A stretch of 64,000 nucleotides of DNA, taken from assembly GCF_009914755.1 (NCBI RefSeq), contig NC_060931.1; one strand, written 5' to 3'. The translations under genes and the position numbers were made by a program. The DNA is from the human T2T-CHM13v2.0 reference genome, Homo sapiens. The notes below the pieces were generated by a model. That model was given only the letters and a program-made list of their open reading frames with translations, ran no database searches and had not been told where the DNA came from. The stretch's first letter is position 1, and each line of letters starts with the position of its first letter. Of the stretch, positions 55,881 through 64,000 are shown one piece after another.

Positions 55881-56444
55881 GGGTTACTCACCAGCCCCAG
55901 GGCCGAGAACCTAAACAGCCAGGCAGTCTACCACATGCTTACCTGGTCAATATAACCAGAGCAACTCCAGGCCTAGCAAGTGAGGTCTCACTTAGGCCTA
56001 ACAATGAAGTTACAGCTTCTCACCCATTTCCTAAGGAATCACCCAACACACAGAGCCTGGGGCTTCAGGAAGGATACAGATCATTTCACCAGCACGCGCT
56101 CTTTTAACTCCCTTCCCTTTCCCAAAGGGTCTGTGGCCATTTGCCAGAGAGCCTGGGCCTGGGAAGGCTGGCGTGAAGGGTGTCAGGAAATCTAGGACAA
56201 AGACCAGACTAATTCTAGCCCCTGCGAGGCAGGACACCGCAATGTCCTCCAGTCACAGTGGGCCTCCAAGCCTATGCTACATTATTTCTCAGGCACCCAG
56301 GTGTGTGGTTGGAATATTAACCCTCAATACTGTGCAGAACTACCTCTCAGTTCCCCAATAGGAAGAACACCTATTCAGGCATGAAGAGCAAAGTGACGTC
56401 TTAGAGCTCTCCCTCCTTACTTAAATATTAAATCAAAAGCAAGA

Positions 56445-56810
56445 CCATGGATAAGCAATCTGTGGTATATTTTAAAAATGGAATATTGCTCTATAATGAA
56501 AAGAAACAAATTACTAATGCGTGCAACAAATGGGTGAATCTTAACAGTAGTGTGCTGGGTGAGGGAAGCAGACACGAGTGCCTACTGTGCGCTTCCCTCA
56601 CGAAGCCCGAGAACAGACAGAGCCACCTCATGGAGACAGAAACCTGAATACTGTGCGTCGCGTGGGAAAGGGCAGGCGAGTGCTTCCTGGCGTGGCAGAA
56701 ACGTTCCCCAGCTTGACTGGAGCACAGGTCATGTGGTTGAACACACTGTTCAAACTCATCAAACTGTGCTTAATATCAGTGTATTTTGTAGTGTAAATTT
56801 CTATTCAAGT
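56445..56810 (+). mobile_element. Ancient L1M 3' fragment
   Basis: atggataagcaatctgtggtatat...aatggaatatt...caaatgggtgaatctt...tcaaactcatcaaactgt. Confidence 0.6.
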
Positions 56811-57989
56811 GACGTCAATTTTTCTGGTATTTCAGAAATTTGCACACCACAATGACTGAACGCTGCCAGTGGGGATTCCCGTCACCGGCCTGGCCCCAGT
56901 GTATCTTCAAGAATGACTCGTCTGGCACAGCGGGAGCAGGTGGTGGATACGAGGGCCACTTTCCTCCAGTCTGGGATTCTTACTGGACAAATTAACACAG
57001 TACAATCCCTGGTTTGAGGCTTGTACCTAAGAATCTAACAAATTGCTTTTTCTATCCCAATTAAGAGAAAGCACTAGAAACTATTCCTTTTCTCAGCAGA
57101 GTCATGGTGCAGACTGCAGCTTTGTCTCAGGCTATGACACTCCGGCTTACTGTCAGGACTCAAACCAAACAGGACGCCTGGTCAGGCTGCCCTCTCCTCA
57201 ACTTCCTCTCTCAGCATCGAAATCGCAGCGCGCCTCTCCCACCCTCAGGGGCCCACTGCCCAATGACACCTGCCCAGCCTCCTCCTGGTGGCTAAGGGGC
57301 ACCGCCTCAGCACCCCCAGGTCTGCCCCTCTTTGGGCAGGTCTCTGCCTCCTCCTCTGCCCCACACCCACCTGCTCCATCCCCGCCCCACCCCAGTTCCC
57401 GTGTGGCGGATGCTGTCCTGCAGCTCAGAGCCCAGCTCACCCTGAAAATCTCCAAGGCCCAGCCAGGGGTCTGGCCCAGGCTTGCAGCCCACCCAGAGGA
57501 GCCCAGGGGACCTCTCGCCTCTGCCTGAGCCATGCAGGCTTCATCTTCCGTGGATGAAGAGCTCAGCCTGGCCAGAGCCTCCCCATGCTCCGCACTAAGA
57601 CGTGCTTCTGAGACACCATCCGGCAGGACAGGCTTTCAGTTGCCAAGGGCCCCACAGGCTGTCCCTGCTTCTGGAACTCTCTTCCCCTGGCCGGCCCCTC
57701 GTCCTTCAGCAGGAGGAAAACACTCTTTCACACAAGCCCTCCTTATCTACCAGCCTGGGCTGCACCCGCAAAGGGTCTGTGTTTCGGGTTCCAGTGTGTG
57801 GCGGCGTGTGGTGGTGTGTGGCGGCATGTGGTGATGTGTGGCAGCATGTCACAGTGCTCCAAGCTGTGAGTCGGGTGCCTTCCCTGGTGCTGCTCTCTCA
57901 GAAAGCTCTTCCTGCATTTCCTGCAGTCCAGGAAGTTCTCATCGGGACTGGCAGGGAGTTTGGAATTTTGAGTTTTTAAGAATCAGTTA

Positions 57990-58796
57990 GACACTTATGC
58001 AGCCAAAAGACATATGAAAAAATGCTCATCATCACTGGCCATCAGAGAAATGCAAATCAAAACCACAATGAGATACCATCTCACACCAGTTAGAATGGCA
58101 ATCATTAAAAAGTCAGGAAACAACAGGTGCTGGAGAGGATGTGGAGAAATAGGAACACTTTTATACTGTTGGTGGGACTGTAAACTAGTTCAACCATTGT
58201 GGAAGTCAGTGTGGCGATTCCTCAGGGATCTAGAACTAGAAATACCATTTGACCCAGCCATCCCATTACTGGGTATATACCCAAAGGATTATAAATCATG
58301 CTGCTATAAAGACACATGCACACATATGTTTACTGTGGCACTATTCACAATAGCAAAGACTTGGAACCAACCCAAATGTCCAACAATGATAGACTAGATT
58401 AAGAAAATGTGGCACATATACACCATGGAATACTATGCAGCCATAAAAAACGATGAGTTCATGTCCTTTGTAGGGACATGGATGAAATTGGAAATCATCA
58501 TTCTCAGTAAACTATCGCAAGGACGAAAAACCAAACACCGCATGTTCTCACTCATAGACGGGAACTGAACAATGAGAACACATGGACACAGGAAGGGGAA
58601 CATCACACTCTAGGGACTGTTGTGGGGTGTGGGGAGGGGGGAGGGAATAGCATTAGGAGATATACCTAATGCTAAATGATGAGTTAATGGGTGCAACACA
58701 CCAGCATGGCACATGTATACATATGTAACTAATCTGCACATTGTGCACATGTACCCTAAAACTTAAAGTATAATAATAATTTTTAAAAAAAAAAAA
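57990..58796 (+). mobile_element. 5'-truncated L1PA (L1PA2-4-like): ORF2 C-terminus, 3' UTR and poly(A)
   Basis: Translates [50 protein letters not shown]... (L1 ORF2p Cys-rich end), premature TAG at 58395; G-rich 3' UTR. Confidence 0.96.
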
Positions 58797-58854
58797 GAAT
58801 GTCAGGGAGATGGAAGTCACAGTATTTTGTAAGTTGATCTTAGAAGTGACTTCT

Positions 58855-59150
58855 GGCTGGTCACAGTGGCTCACGCCTGTAATCCTTGCACTTTGGGAGG
58901 CTGAGGTGGAAGAATCACTTGAAGCCAGGAGTTCAAGACCAGGCTGGGCAATACAGCAAGACCGTTATCTCTACAAAAGATAAGAAAATTAGCCAAGCAT
59001 GGTAGCACATGCCTGTAGTACTAGCTACTCTGGGGACTGAGGTGAGAGGACAGCTTGAGCCCAGGAGTTTGAGGTTACAGTGAGCTATGATGGTGCCACT
59101 GCACCCCAGCCTGGGTGACAGAGCAAAGCCCTGTCTCTAATAAATAAACA
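58855..59150 (+). mobile_element. AluJ-like element inside an apparent L1 3' transduction
   Basis: Diverged Alu with AATAAA in its tail; lies within the L1's TSD pair. Confidence 0.88.
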
Positions 59151-60722
59151 AATAATTTTAAAAAGAAAAAAAAAAAGAATCAGTTACCAACATATAAAAT
59201 TCAGAGGATTTCAAACAAAACTTAAGGCTTCTGTCTTCTCTTGGAACATAAGCCCATCATCTGGAGCCCACACTGTCTGCCCCTCAGAGGGCAGGGGACC
59301 CCCACTCACCCTACCTGGCCAGCTGTACCCCAAGTACCAGCTGGGACCCAGGTTCCTCCTAGTGCAGAAATAATGGGGAGCTGATTAAACCGTTCAGCAG
59401 AAGCTCCAGCCACTCAGTGTTTTCTCAGAATCACTGCACTTGTAAAAGGAGACCTAGGAGAGACAGCCATGCTTAGATTGGAGCAATACGTTGCTAACAA
59501 AGAATTTCAGGCATTGGCAAGAGAGCAATTGTGGGACAGGGAGTCTTTCTGAGCCTTTGAAAATGCTGCCTCCTCCTCCTTTAAGGCCAGAATGTGCTAT
59601 AAACCCAGATAATTAGTGAGGCAACATTGCATAGCGCTCTCTCCAGCCTGAAGCCTCCTAGCACTCTGAACCTTTTCCTGGCTGGAGTTTCCAGACACAG
59701 AATAAAGGCCATCACTGTGTTGCCATCTTTCACCCATGACGTTTGTGTAGACATCTCAACGATCCCAGGAGGTGCCTGTTAATGGCCTCTGCAGCCTGCA
59801 AACACAAGGCTTCCTCTAGGCTTTCCTGAAGAAAATATCACATTTAATTTTAAAATCATGATTTTCAAAACAATGACCTTCCTCCAAAGACAGGAACCAC
59901 ACACCTGGCTGGTTTGGGCCAGGTGGCGGCTCTGAGCTCAGCCAGGTGGCCTGTGGGCCGGCATTGACTTTGTGGACTGTTGTGGGATCCCGCTGGTGAG
60001 AAAGGTGCTGAGCACCTAAGTGCCATGGACAGGTTTCTCATTAGTCCTGAGCAGCGAATGCAAGCCAGCCCCAGGCAGTGAGACCAAAGACTCTGTCTCT
60101 GCTGCAGAACGTCCCTTTTGTGAGGCAGGGCTGGCCTCAGAGGCAGCATTGTGTAGTCAGAGGCTTCTCTCCTATGAACCCCCATGAAGAGCCCCCTTGG
60201 GTTCCCAGGCCCCAGGTGGGTTGGCATCCATGAAGTTCTGAGAGTCAGCAATCAAGGTTCTGGTCCACAGAGCACGTCAGGAAGGTAAGGTGATGGAGGA
60301 TGGAGCAGGAAAGGGGAGAGGCAGCAGAGACGTAGAAGGAGACTGACTGAGGACACGTGGGCCCAAGACACCCAGTGCTGGCTTCCCACTCAGAAGCCAG
60401 GTGGGAGGAAAGTGGACCAGGGCAGCCCGCTAGCGCCAGTGGCCTCCAGCTCCACCCGGAGATGAACGCCAAGCTGAAGTACTGCTGATCAGCCCAGGCC
60501 AGCGGGAGGAAAGTGCCAGTGGCTTCGTCCCTCCTAGATGGTGCGGCAGGCACGAGATGCCCAGCCTTGATGCACCTGCCCCAGACGCTCAACACTTTCA
60601 GCAAACCTCCCACTGCTCATGGGGAAAGTGCTGGCTCACAGAGGCGTAGGATCTTCCAGATGCCGACCCTCACCCTCCACCCTTCCACCTGCAGATGAGT
60701 TCCTGGGATGGGAAGAATCATC

Positions 60723-62446
<1,724 letters not shown>

Positions 62447-63650
62447 GTGCAATGGTTACTTTTTTGTGAATATGACCGGTCCACAGGGTACTCAGATCAA
62501 ACATGATTCTGGGAGTGTTTGTGACAGGCATGTGTCTGAGCGTGGGGAAATGTCTCTGTGAGAGGCATGTGTCTGTGAGTGGGGAGTGCGTGTGTGTGTG
62601 TGGGGGGGGGTGTCTGTGAGGGGGAATGTGTGAGGAGGGAGTTTGAGGAGAGAGTGTGTGTGAAGGAGGACTGTGTGTGAGGAGGAAGTGTGTGGGGGGA
62701 GTGTTTCTGAGGAGGGAGTGTGGGGGGGGAATGTGTATTAGGAGGAAGCGCATGTGAGGGGGGAGTGTTTGTGAGGAGGAAGTGTGAGGACAGAGTATGT
62801 GTGAGGAGGAGTGTGTGTGAGCGGGAGTTTGTATGAGGGGGAGTGTGCATGAGGGGGAGTGTGCGTGGGGGGGAGTGTGTATGAGGGGGAGTGTGAGTGG
62901 GAGCGTGTATAAGGGGGGAGTGTGTGTGAGTGGGAGCGTGTGTGAGGGGAAATGTGAGGATGTGTTCAGGCGGAAGTATGTGAGTATAGTGGGTGAGGAG
63001 GGAGTGTTTGTGAGGGGGAGTGTGTGTGAGGCAGAGTGTGAGGGAGTGTGGGTGAGGGTGTGTGTGTGAGGGGAGTGTGAGGGGGAGTGTGTGTGAGGAG
63101 GGAGTGTTTGTGGGGGGAGTGTGTGTGAGGCAGTGTGAGGAGGTAGTATGTGTGAGGGGGAGTGTGTGTGAGGGGGAGTGTGTGTGAGGAGGGAGTGTTG
63201 GGGAGGGAGTGAGGGGGGACTGTCAGTAAGTGGGGGGGTGTGAGAGGTTAATGTGTGACGGGAGTGTCTGTGAGGGGACAATGTGTGTAAAGGGGGAGTG
63301 TTTTTAGTGGGGAGTGTGTCTTAGGGGCAAGTGTGAGCGAGTGGTTTGTGTCTTTGTGGTAATTTCTGTAAGGGATCAGCATTTGAACTGGGAGACTCAG
63401 AAAAGCAGATGTCCTGCCCAATATTCGTGCCTCTCATCCAATTCTTGAAGGCCCGAATAGAAAAAAAGGCAGCAGAAGGTTCAATTCTACCTCTCTGCCT
63501 GACTGCTGACCTGGGACATCGGTCGTCTTCTGCTATTGGTTGCCTCTGGTTTCAAGCCTTCAGGCTCAGAGTGAAATCTACACCAGCAACTTTCCCTGGG
63601 TCTGTAATTTGTAGAAAGAAGACCATAGGATTCAGCCTTCATAACTGCTC
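62447..63650 (+). mobile_element. ERVL LTR (MLT2-like) split by a G/T/A-rich expansion
   Basis: 5' part atggttactttt...ccacagggtactcagat...attctgggagtgt; resumes near 63345 with cagcatttgaactgggagactcag...ctcatccaattcttgaaggcccgaatagaa. Confidence 0.7.
62510..63345. repeat. Degenerate GTGTGTGAGGGGGA-type repeat (~830 bp)
   Basis: Recurrent gtgtgtgagggggagt units. Confidence 0.9.
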
Positions 63651-63654
63651 CTCT

Positions 63655-63998
<344 letters not shown>

Positions 63999-64000
63999 CA

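Noticed and set aside
58014-58397. L1 ORF2 fragment as a functional CDS
   Set aside because: 5'-truncated element with a premature stop.

Overview
Human (primate) genomic DNA around the 5' end of PTPRN2 (IA-2beta/phogrin; 7q36.3 from recall). Coding exon 1 lies on the minus strand (ATG at 23030, donor at 22919, signal peptide [17 protein letters not shown]...) inside a CpG island, so 1-22918 is intron 1. Intron 1 holds a second CpG island, GC-rich VNTRs and Alus. Upstream are a MIR5707-like hairpin (26977-27057), several LTRs, and a ~19 kb GGT-rich tract whose core is a homogeneous ~16 kb array of a 45-bp unit with higher-order structure. The array is almost free of C on the + strand and stays open in four reading frames (Gly-, Val-, His- and Thr-rich). 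It is bracketed by two convergent MaLR LTRs, the left carrying an intact DUX4-type motif. Whether it is transcribed or translated cannot be seen from sequence, and the long ORFs may simply follow from triplet structure. Other notable items: a zero-spacer RE1/REST element and a Kozak-optimal Met-Asp-stop uORF at PTPRN2, a duplicated 5' splice site, a candidate 38-nt poison exon, an L1 3' transduction carrying an Alu, a twice-used TPRT target site, and nested Alus. No other credible protein-coding gene is present. Repeat subfamily names come from memory of consensus sequences and need RepeatMasker/Dfam confirmation.
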